Assembly (NCBI GenBank): GCA_965153285.1
Contig: OZ229121.1
DNA from: Podarcis tiliguerta
Lineage: Eukaryota
Reading direction: 5' to 3' (one strand)
Length of the DNA stretch: 64,000 bases
Part shown: one piece after another, positions 1 to 12,700 of the stretch
Numbering within the stretch: position 1 is the first letter of the stretch
Layout of the letters: the number at the start of each line of letters is the position of its first letter
Notes under the pieces: generated by a model
Database searches by the model: none
The model's input: the letters and a program-made list of their open reading frames with translations, nothing else
What the model was told of the DNA's origin: nothing
Position numbers and translations under genes: made by a program

Positions 1-133
1 ACAAAATGTTTGGGAAGAGGAGCTTCTCTACAGATTATCAGGGGCCTATAATGAAAGCATAGTGGGCTTATCACTCAGGGTTTCACCCTCTGCCTTCACC
101 TCCCCAACCTCCCTTCCTGCTTTTCTCTACATC

Positions 134-269
134 CAGCACTATTTTTCTAGAAAAACAGGAATGGAACTCACCATGAATGCCTCCCTTGTTCTCTTATAAT
201 GGCAATGGTGCTCACCTGAGAGGTGCCGGAACTGAGTTCCAGTGATTTCCAGCTGAAAAAAAAGCTCTG
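134..269. mobile_element. hAT MITE
   Basis: cagcactattttt...aaaaaagctctg; 8-bp TSD tctacatc/tctagatc. Confidence 0.75.
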
Positions 270-1715
270 TCTAGATCCATTATGAAACTCTCTTTATAGA
301 TCCATCTTATCCTTTCTCTCTTCTAGTTCTTTTTCATTGCTTGTTTAATTTTCCTTCCCCATCTCTTCATTTAGAAGACAAAGAAGTGCAACTCACTAAG
401 TGGAAGAGTGAAGTGAAATGGGCAGCATTATGACATGAAAGCAGGTGGCATAGGCTGCATTGTAATTTATACTACAGATAATTAAAAATCTTCAGTAAAC
501 CATCTGTTCTCTTGGGGCTCTTGAGCTGATGTCAAGGATGTGTATTTAGGTCCCTCTAGCAGTTGCTGTCAAAATTGCAAGCTGGAAAGAAGTACCGTAA
601 TCCAAACTGCTCCCTCGTTGAAAGCCAGTTTTATACTGAGACAAGCCAAAGAAGGGAAAGAGAAGCCAGACACATGACAGCAAAAGAAAACAAAGAGACT
701 CTTCACCATCAGACAAAAAAATGTATAAACAAGATAGGTTAGAGCACAATCCAGATTGGGTTTTTTCTTCAACTTTGCCTCAGGAAAGCAGTCTGTTCTT
801 GACTCTCTACATCTTCACTATAGGCTTGTATTATTTCTGTATCTCCTTGTTTGTGTTATTGTAGTGTGTTGCTTTCCCTTGTTGTTAAAGATTTTTTATT
901 TTATATATACGTACATATATTCCCTCACATACATTCCCCCAACTTGCAACCTGCAACAGCCCCACTACACTCTTCTGTTATGTTTTATCTCTCTATGACA
1001 GCTTGGCTTCTGTCTGGTTTTTATGAGGGACTCCGGAGCAAGTTGAAGCACCACTCTTTCCCCCCTCCCCTCATTGTCCCTCTCCCACAGCAGAGGAAAG
1101 GCAGATCAGTTTTCTCCCTCTCCCTTCTTTATTAAAGGAAGCAACCAAACAAAAGAAAACAAAGTCAGACTGCTTTTCCTCTGGGGTTTTTTTCAAGGAG
1201 CTAAAGGTGGACTCTTGGTTTCTACATTTAATCCCCACAACAACTTGGGCAGTGACTGTCCCAAGGTCACCCAGGTAACTTCATGGCTGTGGAGATTTGG
1301 ACCTTGATTTCTCAGTTCCTAGTTCAGCACTTAAGAAATCTTCCTCCCAAGTTGTCTATTGCCTCTCACAAACTGAGGGAGGAATTTGAATATTTTTTTC
1401 CAGTTTGCAGTTTGCCTGTGACTGCTAGAGGGAGCTAAATGCCCATTCTTACATTGACCCAAAATTCCTTTTCACGTTAAGTACCAATGGCCTTATTATC
1501 AGTTTATTAATCCATAATAAATAACTTCCTTGTTTTCTCTAATTTTAGCTGACAGGCTTTAATTTCTTTTAACTGAAAGCTTTATTTGTGTTTTAATAAA
1601 GTACAAACATGTTATGTTTATAATTACAAGCCTCTTTTTGTATTGGCTGATTTGTAAATATATCTGATTACTTTATTGTTACATTTACTCCCCATTTTTC
1701 CTTTGTATGTTATAG

Positions 1716-1786
1716 AACAACTATTATGGAACTCACTCTGGTGACCTTTACATTGGTTTAACTGTGGGTCTTGATGGAGAGTTTGG
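1716..1786 (+). CDS. MRC1: MRC1-like exon (CTLD5: [24 protein letters not shown])
   Basis: tatag acceptor, gtaagt donor; matches human FIGLLISLDKKF; ends in phase 2. Confidence 0.85.
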
Positions 1787-4700
1787 GTAAGTCAACAACT
1801 TTTTAAAAAAATGTAAATCATACTAAGTTTCTTAGATAATATCTAGGTTAATGTTAAATAATCTGGATAGAAGGATGTTACAGTCACCATTTTTCTCTAA
1901 ACTGATTCAATTAATCTCCCAGATATATAGATTGACTCTGCAATCCTATGGTTCCTGTAACGGTGTCTAGGGATGGTGGATAGGGAAGACTGACCTTGGA
2001 GAGGAAAACTGACTGTCAGTTACCTCCTCTGTGCTACCTCAGAAACTTTCACAGCCCTTGCTCTGTTGATATCAAAGCCCAGTGTTAGAATGAATGCATA
2101 CATGCAAGGGACATACCAGGGGAAGGCTTTGATCCTAAGGATCCAGCACTTAGCCCCCAGCATGCCCCCACAAGGTGGTAAAACTTATGTCTCCAATAAA
2201 AGTGAAATAGTTTGGGGAGTAGCCGGAAAAGGATAGAGAATAAAAGTCCTATACCACCTTTCCTTCTGGTATGTCAGTGAGAGCCCAACAGGGATTTGGA
2301 TATTGTAGTTCAGCCAATTTAGCTGTTTGACTATTTTAGCTCTGTTAAAGTAGACTTTACAAAGGGTCTACAGAGCCACAGGCTAATTCTTAACTGGTGG
2401 GCCCTTTGCTCAAAGATCTCAATAGCCATTCTAATCACTTGACCTACCTTTCTTAGCTTTGCAAGTTGTATTTCCTTCTATTCCTTCCGCTGTTCTACTC
2501 TGACTTGCCCCTGGCTCTATCAGACCCAGAATTATGCATTCTACTTCTTGTTGGCCTTGTTATTATTATTAACGTGTTTTACCCATCCTTAACCATAAGG
2601 TCTCAGAATAGGTTACAACAATCTAAAACTACAATGTTACAATTCACCAGGCTGGCATCACACCCTTGTCTCTTTCATTTGCATGGAACTTCTCACTTAT
2701 TATGCCGTTTCCTCCAAAGCTTTTGGGGGCACCACCCTCTTTCTTCATGTGTTGAGGAAGAGGGCACCACTCTATCTGCCTGACTTCTATGGCTATTGTA
2801 TGTAGCTTGGATGTGGCGTGTTCCTAGTTAATTGCTCTGCTCTGCTCCCAGCCATGCTCTGAACATTGCAGCACTGATACTCTCCCTCTCCCATGACATC
2901 CTCCCTCTAATACTGATGGCCTTTTATGACTCCAGTGCAAGAGACTGAGAACTAGGCCCAGCCCAAGATATTATGTCATTGTAGGCAAAACACCCCAACA
3001 CCACCCCCACGATAGCACCCCCCACAGATCTAAGCTCCCTTCCCACACCCTCCCGTCCCTGCTGTTGTGCCCATGCTGCTGCCAGTCCTGACACAGCAGC
3101 TGCACCCTTGCCTGCATCTGCATTATAATGCAATAGCAACAGAGAGGGTGCAGTGGCAGCAGCGTGAGCAGCGTGGTGGCAGTGGCACAGGTGAAGCCCC
3201 AGTGGGGCTGGCAGCTGCATAATGATGGGAGTGGGACATGGGTCAGATCTGCCACCTGAGGCAAATGGCTTCACCTTGCCGCTTAGAGAGAGCTGAGAGC
3301 TGATTGTTGTCATACTTCCCCACACCTGGTATACTCCCCCCACCTTATTCCATTTGAGTTGGCAAAGAAGCAGTGCAAAGGCAAGCTGTCCCTTGCTCCC
3401 CCACCAACAAGCTTTTTTCAGATCTTCCTCACTACTGCCTCCCCTCAGACTTGAAGATTACAGCCACGAAAGGAGGCTTTTATGTAAAAGAAGAACCAAT
3501 TTAATCATTTTTCAAATATGAATATTACATGCTACCTATAAAATACAGGCATATCATTTTCCTCTAATTAAAATAAATGGCCCCAGTAACTGACAGGCCC
3601 CTTACTTCTAAATCTGCCAGTCATAGGCATTTTATTTTTATTTTTATAGGGCTAGGCCCAGAGTGGGTCAGAAAGGTGAAATTCTGGAAAGACATAGAGA
3701 GGCCACTTAGACATCATAAAGAAAAGAGGAACTGCATTACCAAAAAGCAGGGGCAGGGAACAAAAGAAGGCACTGATTTGCATAAGTCCTGTTTGGGATG
3801 TTTTATAATTGTATGTATGAATTTATAAATAATTGCTATAAATTCAATATATTTTCAATACATCTCACCATGCTGAGGTAAGAGAATGACCAGTGGACAG
3901 ATCTTCAAATAAAAGATTGTCCCCTAAAAGCCTGTCAGATAAAGGACTGTTCACTTTAAAATGGGACACATGGCCACTCTTAAGAAGACAAGAAGACAAA
4001 GGAGCTCAGTGAGCAGGTTCTTGTGTTTCCATGCTTAGCCTTAGAAATTGCTATGGCTGCTAATCATGAGACCCTGCATTTTAAAGAAAGTCCCTCTAAA
4101 GGTAAAAAGAGAAAAAGTAATGCTAGATATATACAATGCCACCAAGAGATGCAAAGCCTGGTGATAAGAATGAAATAACAGTGTAAATAATATTCTTTAT
4201 CGTTGTAAATTAATATTGTTAAATGCTCAGTTTTGCTAAATAGTTTATCAGCCTGGTGTTCCCTTTGCTAACTCCCCACAACCCTGCCCCCCAATATTTC
4301 TTTTGTAAAAGTATGCAATGTAAATGAAGGGCAAATTACATTCTTCTGTCCCATTTTCTCTTACTATTTTCTATAGCTGGTTGGATCAAACTCCAGTGAC
4401 ATATGTGTCCTGGGCACCCGGTGAACCCGACTCTGGAAATGATGATGAAACATGTGTTGCTATGAAGGCTATCACAGGCAAGTAGAACAAAAGTTTATCA
4501 TTTGGGGGGGGGATCATAAGAATCTGCACACTTGACAATGAATACCTATCACACATTGAATCTGTAGTTACAATGACTATTCCATCCATCCATCCATAAA
4601 TAGACATTAAATGGGAGTGGAAATCAATTGTTTTACAGCTCTTTAATTGTCTTCTTTTGAATATGACAGGATATTAAAATATTTTAAAAGACACTATATA

Positions 4701-7700
4701 TTTACCATGTGGACAAGTTTATACAGTAAGAGAGATTTTTGGAACTTCCATATGGACTTTTATATATGCTACTTTATTAACTCTGGGACTTTAAGCAGTT
4801 TATATTCTGGATAATTGCCGGTGCCTTTTTTCTAGAAAAAAAGGTGCTGGTACTCACCATGAAGTACCCTTCTTGGGCCAGAGAGCTGAAAGAGATTATG
4901 CTGAAGGATAAAGAAACCTCTCAGTGTTACTAACACACCTGAAGCCTCCCTCTCTCTCCCTCTCTCCCGTCACCTAATGCGGAGACAGAGCCAACGCAGA
5001 GAAGACAGGGATGACTCACAAAGGGAGGAAATAGCCTCAGGGTAGGTGGAGCAGTGGGAGCTCCTAGCTGGGGAAAGTCATCGCCATTACATAAGAGGGA
5101 ATGGGATGCTTCAGCCACTGTATGACACAGCGATGCACCCACTCACTGGCCCTGCAGGCTTTGGGCCTCCTCCGCTCCCAAGCTTTGCCCTCCTGCATTA
5201 GTGACAGTTGCCATGGCTGCTTGGCATCCTCATCGTTCCTTTCACACCAGCCTCGGCCCTGAGCAGCTGCTTTTGCTACCACCTCAGTGGCAAAGAGTCC
5301 CAGGAAATGCCCACAACCCTCCTCACTAGACTATGAGATTGCAGTCCCATAGACTCCAAGGCTGGAGACCAGCAGCAGCAAGAAGCACATGGTTTTTTGA
5401 GACAGAAAGGAAAATGCTGTGTAAGAGAGATGGTGACTGGGCCTCGTGGCTGGAGGCCACGCTAGATGGGGGGGGGGGGTGTGCCAGTACTGTGTACCAT
5501 TGAGTACCATTGAGTGCCAGAAAAAAAGCACTGATAATTGCCTATTACATTTACAGGCAACAACCATTTTAGGCGTGTCTGAATGACGTGCAATTATGCA
5601 CGCATGCACAGCACTGCACCCAGAAGTAGCCCCAAAATGTCCAGGTTTTCGTCCTGGAAGATCTACCACAGACCAAATATTAACCTTGAATCACCTGGCG
5701 GAAAAGTATGCCGGCAAAGCCCCAAAGGTTCTTCATGTGGCTTTTATTGACTTTAAGCAGGAATTTGATTGAATCTCTAGAAAGCAGCTATGGTCAAAAC
5801 TGGCCGCTACAAAGATCGATCGTCGTCTCCTTCATCTGATTATCAGCCTCCATACAAACACCTTCCTGAGAATCAGGCTAGACAATAAAGGCCTAGTCTC
5901 CAACCCTGTTACCACCACTAGAGGGGTAAGACAGGGTTGTTTATTGGCCCCAGCATTGTTTAACTTTTACATTAATTCACTGGTGACTCACATGGCCAAC
6001 GATGCATTCCACCCCCCCCCCCCCCAAATTAGCAGGCCGATCTCTGAATGTTCTTCTGTATGCGGATGATGCCACACTTCTTGCCAGATCCCCTATTGGA
6101 CTGAGGAGGATGTTGCAAGCGCTACATGAGTACTGTGATCAGCATGAGCTCCAACCCAACTATGCTAAGACCAAGATCACGGTCTTCTCTGCCCGACCGA
6201 GAATCCATCGATGGTCGATGAACAGGATCCCCCTAGAGCAGGTTAACTGCTTCAAATATCTGGGACAAGTAATACGGTCAAATAGGTCTTTTCTGGCCCA
6301 TAGAGACTATATAACAACTAATGCATCTAAAGCAGCCATCCAGATTAGAGCTCTATATGCTAAGAATCAGGCTCAATCAGTGAAGGTAACTTTGAGACTC
6401 TTTCAAATGAAAGTCCTCCCCCTTCTTTTGGTCGGCATCTCTTTAGGCTCCCATAGGGATTTTTTGAAACTGGATTCTATTCAAACACGATTCCTTAGAG
6501 CCATCCTCAGGATTCCCCCCTCGATAGCGGGTGCGGTTATGAGATTAGAGGTCGGCTGGCAAGCTCTACGGTACGTGGCCTTGAAGACAAAGCTCTGGCT
6601 ATGGCTCAAGCTTTGTTTCAAACCAGTGGGTATTGCCCCCTTGATATTGAGGGACGATTTCCAATCATCGTGGGAAAGGGAGGTCATTAATGAGGTTCAG
6701 TCCTGCGGATTGTCTCATCTTTACCTTGAGTCTATGACATACAATCAAGCTAGAGCTGTGATCTCCCGGAGACTGAGTGACATTGCCAGGCAAGAGGACA
6801 TAGCCCAGGTAAAACCTGGGATGGTCCTAGGGGACCAGATTTACCGGACCATACCAGCCCCCTACCTTGCAGAAATCTACTATGTGGAATATCGCAGACT
6901 TTTTACAGCGGCTAGATTAAATGTCCTTGACTCTGCGATATTGTGGGGAAGGTACAGGGGAGTACCATACGCCCAGAGAACCTGTCATTGTGCCATGGGT
7001 GTGGTTGAGTCCACTGAAAACATTCTCCTGACTTGCCCTTCTTATGCAGAGCTTAGACAAAATTTTATAGCCCCACTTCTATGTCAATTTAGCTTTCTAC
7101 CCGGAGAAAACCAGGTTTTACACTTGTTAAATAATGTTACTAGAGCTATACCTTCCTTGGTGGCCAAATTTATTTTTTTAGCTTTTAAGCGTAGCAAGAC
7201 TATAATTGACTGTATTGATATGGGGCTATCTGTTTAACCCATTTTAGTGTTGGTTAAGTTTTAAAAATCCTTCTCGATGTTTGAACTGTGTACTGACAAA
7301 TGCTCCTTTTTCTGACTGACGGTCGAATAAAAGGTTGATGATGAAGATGTCATGAAAAGAGGGGGAATGGGACAGAGCAGGCTTATGCACATTCCACAAA
7401 CACCTGCAGGGGTCCAGAATGTAACCCCTGTGCAAAACAAGGACTTCCTGTATACATAATCCCCCTTCCATCCAATATGGAACTTAAAACAACACAGAGT
7501 TCATGGACAGGCTCTCTTTGAGGCTTAACGCACATAGGTTTAATTTCAGCATGGCTTCTGTATCATGTGCTTGCAGACCGCAGATTGGAATGATTGACAT
7601 ATACCACAGAATGTAGGAACAGTATGGTGTCTCTCACAAGCTCTATTTTCAGAAAAGTGGTGGCTGTTCTTTGTTGTTACCAATCTTTCATTTGCAATAT

Positions 7701-9665
7701 ATACTTGAAGGTCTCTGTGTGCTTTTTCACTTAGGAGTGATTTAATTTTACTGATCAAGACATAATTCCTCTTTCAGGTTTATGGTATGATACAAATTGT
7801 GGTACTGCTAATAAATTCATCTGTGAAAGGCATAACAGTTCTGTCCGTTCAACTGTTGCTCCCACAATGCCTGTACCTGTTGGGGGCTGTGCTGATGGCT
7901 GGCTTTTTTTTAATAACAAGGTAACTAAGAAAGTGACTGCAAATATAACTGGTATATTGTCCCTTCTCAGTTATTATAGTGCATACAATGAGCTTATGAT
8001 AATGCAGAGATTGCTCTCTGTGTCCACAGTTCTATGCAAGGGCTCTTTACAGAGCTTACAATGAATATTACAGTCAACTTGCATGATGGCATGATTACAG
8101 TCAACTTGCATGATGGCAGCCTCAGCCTCGTCAGCTGCGATCAGAGAAATTAAATGCACACAAGGTGGAAAGCTTAAAAGCTCTCTGCCCTGCAAAGGGG
8201 GCAAGGCCCACTCAGTGCAAAGCTTCCAAAAGGTGTGTGGGCTGTTCCAAAATATTCTGACTATACACAATTGTGGGGTTTGCACAAACCTCAGAATGTA
8301 ACCCCAGCGCAAGTTGTGAGTGGGCTGTATATTACAAAAAGCATACAATTAAAAAGTAGAAGAATATGTTATTCAATCACTCCTTTGTAAACTCCTATCA
8401 GTGGTAAATCTACACTTGTAGAGCTATCAGCAGATATAGCTGTAGTTGCCAGGCAGTCTCTCCCCCAACCTGCAGCAGGTAGGCACCTCTGCCCCATCCT
8501 CCACTCTATGATAACCCTAGTCAACAAATCTCAGATTTCTGATTTCTCTCTGAAGTCATTAAATAATCCATGTCTGCTACTCCAGTACCATTTCATGATT
8601 GTTGATTTCATTAACCATATCATGATTGATGAGAGTTTTGAGTTTGTATTCTTTCCCCCAGTGCTTCCAACTGTTTGGGTTTAATGAAGAAGACAGGAAA
8701 AATTGGTCTGATGCACGAACTGCTTGTAAAAAACAAGGAGGAAACTTGGCTTCTATACCAAGCAAAGCTTTTCAAGGTCAGTTCTTTTAAAACATATTGC
8801 TCTTATGGACTTAAAGTTTTAGAAGTCCAAGACCTCCTGCTCAACTTCTCCTCATGCCAGAGGAACTGCTACAATGTGGCTCCTGCCCTTGCCACTCAGG
8901 TAACTTGACTAACTGCTTGTGACTTGGAGGAGCTGGAAACCAGGGCAGTGTTGCTGCAATGCACAGAGTTCCCTCCTTCCTTACATACACATACGACTTT
9001 AGCCATTCGGGTCCCCAATTCATGAACATTTTACTTGGGAGGAAGCCCCATTGAACTCTGTTGGGATTTACTTGCGAGCTTGGATGGAAACAACCCTGTT
9101 TTTGCAAATGGCACACAGTCCCAGATTAAACCCAGTGGAGGCCCCTAGGCAGTCAAAATCTCAGGGGGGCCCTCATGTGCGTGATATAGTGGGATAACAT
9201 TAAACTAAGAAAGCTTGATTGTAATTTTCTTTCAAATCAATATTATTTTGATTTGTTGTCATGGGGCCCCTAAAAGGCGTGGGGCCCATAGGCCAGTGCC
9301 TACACTGCCTGATGACACAGGGATGCAAGCTACTTTTCACTGCCTCCTTGCCTCCCTTGCTGGAGAGATCTCAACCGCCATCCCTCCTCCCACATTGGCA
9401 GCCCCTTCAAGCACTTGGACAGTCTCTCCAAAGTGCAGATTTATTCCTGAGTAAAACCTTCCCCTCCAACATCACTGTAGTATAAATCCCCCAGTTGCCT
9501 GCATGTTAAGAGTAGACAAAGGCAGCCACCAGGGAATCTCCTCCTTGCACCAAATCTGCATGCCAGAAATGGAGAGCCGGGGGGGGGGGGGACGGACAGA
9601 AACTAGGAATCTGGGAAATGACTGGGAGGCATCCAGGAGGAGGAGGACTCAAGGAAGGATGGCCA

Positions 9666-9704
<39 letters not shown>

Positions 9705-12700
9705 TAGGAAGATAATGGGCTGCAAGTTAATTAAAGGATGGGCCCCCTGCAGCTCCGTTGGATGATCCTCAAGTCTCCCCAGCATGCCATGGCACACAGG
9801 TTGACAACCAATGGCCTAATTCATTGAGGGTTTGAGATCCATCGGTTACCCTCACCTGGCCATTGCCAGGGTGTGGCTGCTGTTGCATGCTGACAGCTTC
9901 TAGGAGCCACAGGTGAGAGCTGAGGGCAGGGTGGGGACCAAAGGTGGGACAAACTATCCCAGATGGAGCACGACATGCCCCCCACCAGAGGTACTATCCA
10001 CCCTGTAACACCCCATACACCTCTCAGCAATATACTTGGTCATAAAATGCTTTAATTACATGGCAAGAATAGATGTGAACAATTTGGAATCTTGGTTCAC
10101 TTATAGGTTAAGGGGATTTGTTTGTCGAATCTTTTACGGTGAAACGTGTCTTTTGTTTTTATTCAGCATTTCTCACGGTACATTTAAAAAGTGCTTCAAC
10201 TGATGCTTGGATTGGACTGAATGATATTCATTCGGAGAACACATTTCTGTGGACAGATGGAAGTGGGGTCCACTATTTAAACTGGGCCAAAGGTTTTCCA
10301 CGTTTTGGGGATGTAAGTACTGCCTGCAAAGGTTCCCCCACCCCCAAGATTAAAAAAGTCTTCTGTACTGCATCCTGCAGTGAGACTACTTATTCAGAAA
10401 ACCCATTTTATATACCACTCTCCCATCAAATCTTCATCTGGCTCCTAGTTTGTTCATTTTTAGTGCCAGCCATAGACTTTCCTCAGAATTGGTTATAAAT
10501 GTACATGTTGTGCACAGAGAATAAATAGTTCTTATCTTATTTGCTAAGGGCTTGCAAAGAGTCCCAAGCAGCACTTTGAAGTTGTAATCATCAGCTGATT
10601 GTCAGGGCTTCAAAGTGTCTGCTGACCAGGTCCAGTTCCCTACCGCTACTTAAAAACTCTACAATTACTACTCTTTTTACAGACCAGTTTTCAAGCAGTG
10701 CCCTTCTGGGCACCTTACTCTTAGACATGTAGTAATTCACATTATCTCTGATTCATCATCATAGCACAATATTCAACTACATTTTGGCTGTCAAGGATCA
10801 GCTCTAGCAAAAAAGGGGGGGATTTCCCCCATCTCATCTCACTATGCCATCCCCAAATCTACTCCAGAGCACTGGGGAGCCCCATAAACTGATGGAGGAA
10901 GCACATGGAGGAAGGAAACAGGTAGAAGGTTCTATTGCACAAGAAGAAATACTTGTGCTGATGGAACATTCACCTTAGCACTAACTGAATACACCACTTG
11001 TGTGGAAATGTATCTTACTGGTTGGGGTACTCATTGTGTACTATTCCTGCCAACACTAAAACTGAAAGACTTCCTGTTTCCTGGTGAGTCAGAGGAGTTG
11101 CTAGTAGAGCAGAGCTGATGAGAAAACAAGGAGAGTTGTTCATTCAGGTAAGAAGCATAGGTGTTTCAAGCCAAGGAGCCAGTCTGAAAAGGTGTTGCAC
11201 CAGCAACAGCTAGGTATCACCTAAGCAGTTTTATAGCTGGCCCTGCTACCCTACCCCACTTCCTGAAAACATCAGCATGCATTAGTTATAGATTCCTTCT
11301 CAGAAGTAGGGTTCAGAGACAGGATACCTGTTGCTGTCAAACTTGCACTGTCTGTTTAGTCAGGTTTTGGTGTGAACTTCCCACCATCGCTGATCCTGGA
11401 ATCACAGAGGTGATTGTGGAGTCATTAAGTGGTGGAGCTTGTTTCTGGGCTGGGTTCAACAGGACATTATAAGAAGTGAGAAATGATAATCTACAAACTT
11501 GGCTCAAAAAAGTATAGATTAATATTTTCATCTAGTTTAGGTAGTAGAAAAGCATAATATGTTACAAAATAATCAAACCCTACATGTTATAGGTGGCTCT
11601 TGTGTTACTTGTTCCTTTGTTATATTTTTATTCCTTAGGAAGACTGTGTTTTTATGATGAAGGAGCCTGAAAAGCAGGCAGGAAACTGGAAGCATGGACC
11701 ATGTTCTGCTAAAAAATCCTACATTTGCCAAAGAAACTCCGGTATGTTTTTCAAAGAGAAGTAACAGAATTTATTTTTTTTAAAAATTATGATTGCCTGA
11801 TGGAATCCAAAGCCAGTTTTCCATGTCATATTGGTCATAAAGAAAACAACATTGAAAGCTCTTAATGCATAAGAGATTCCACACTCGCCAGTATAAATCA
11901 GCTGACAGGGGTTAGGGGAGCAGCAGTCATGAGAACCTGTTTTTATAGATGCAAAGAAGTGAACTCTAATGCCAAAGAGTTGCCACAATTATATGCCTCA
12001 TTTTTTACACATCATCTCTAGGACAGGCAGGAAGAGGATGCTGGCACAGGATTTTTCAGTTTAATGTTGTTGTATTATCACTGTTCAAAGTGGTAGGCTT
12101 CTTCTATGACCTATGCTAATTCATTTGAATATACGTAGAAAGTCCACTTTGAATGACTGAACTAAAGTTTTATCATCTGAGAAAGGATGGCAGATAGGAA
12201 GCTAAGTGAAATCTCTTGATTTCTCTGGAAAGAAATGAAGATATGTTTCAAAAGGGCCTGTTGACTACATGTTAAGAATTTAACTTTTTTGTAACTGTAA
12301 AGAAAATGTATTCTGAGGCCTCATCCATATCATCTCTAACTATAACTTTCCTGTAATGTTATTAAAGGTAAAGGTAAAGGTACCCCTGCCCGTACGGGCC
12401 AGTCTTGACAGACTCTAGGGTTGTGCGCCCATCTCACTCAACTCTTAAAATGTTGATTTTCAAGGTTTTTAAATGTTTCACTTCAGATTTTTAGTACTTT
12501 GAGATGTTAAAACTTAGGAGATAATGGCATTCTGAAATTTCAGTATCAAGTGAAATCAAATTTTAGGATGGTGTACAGTCTAAACTGATCTCTGCCTTTT
12601 CTCTTTATTACTTTCCTATAGACCCTGCATTATCACACCCTGAAACGACAATTTCAGCCTCTGACTATACTGTTTTTGGGAACAGCAGTTACTCTCTCAT

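Noticed and set aside
6002-7237. 411-aa ORF as a host or domesticated gene
   Set aside because: It is the 3' part of a LINE RT. The upstream RT motifs are in another frame with a stop, and a LINE tail follows.
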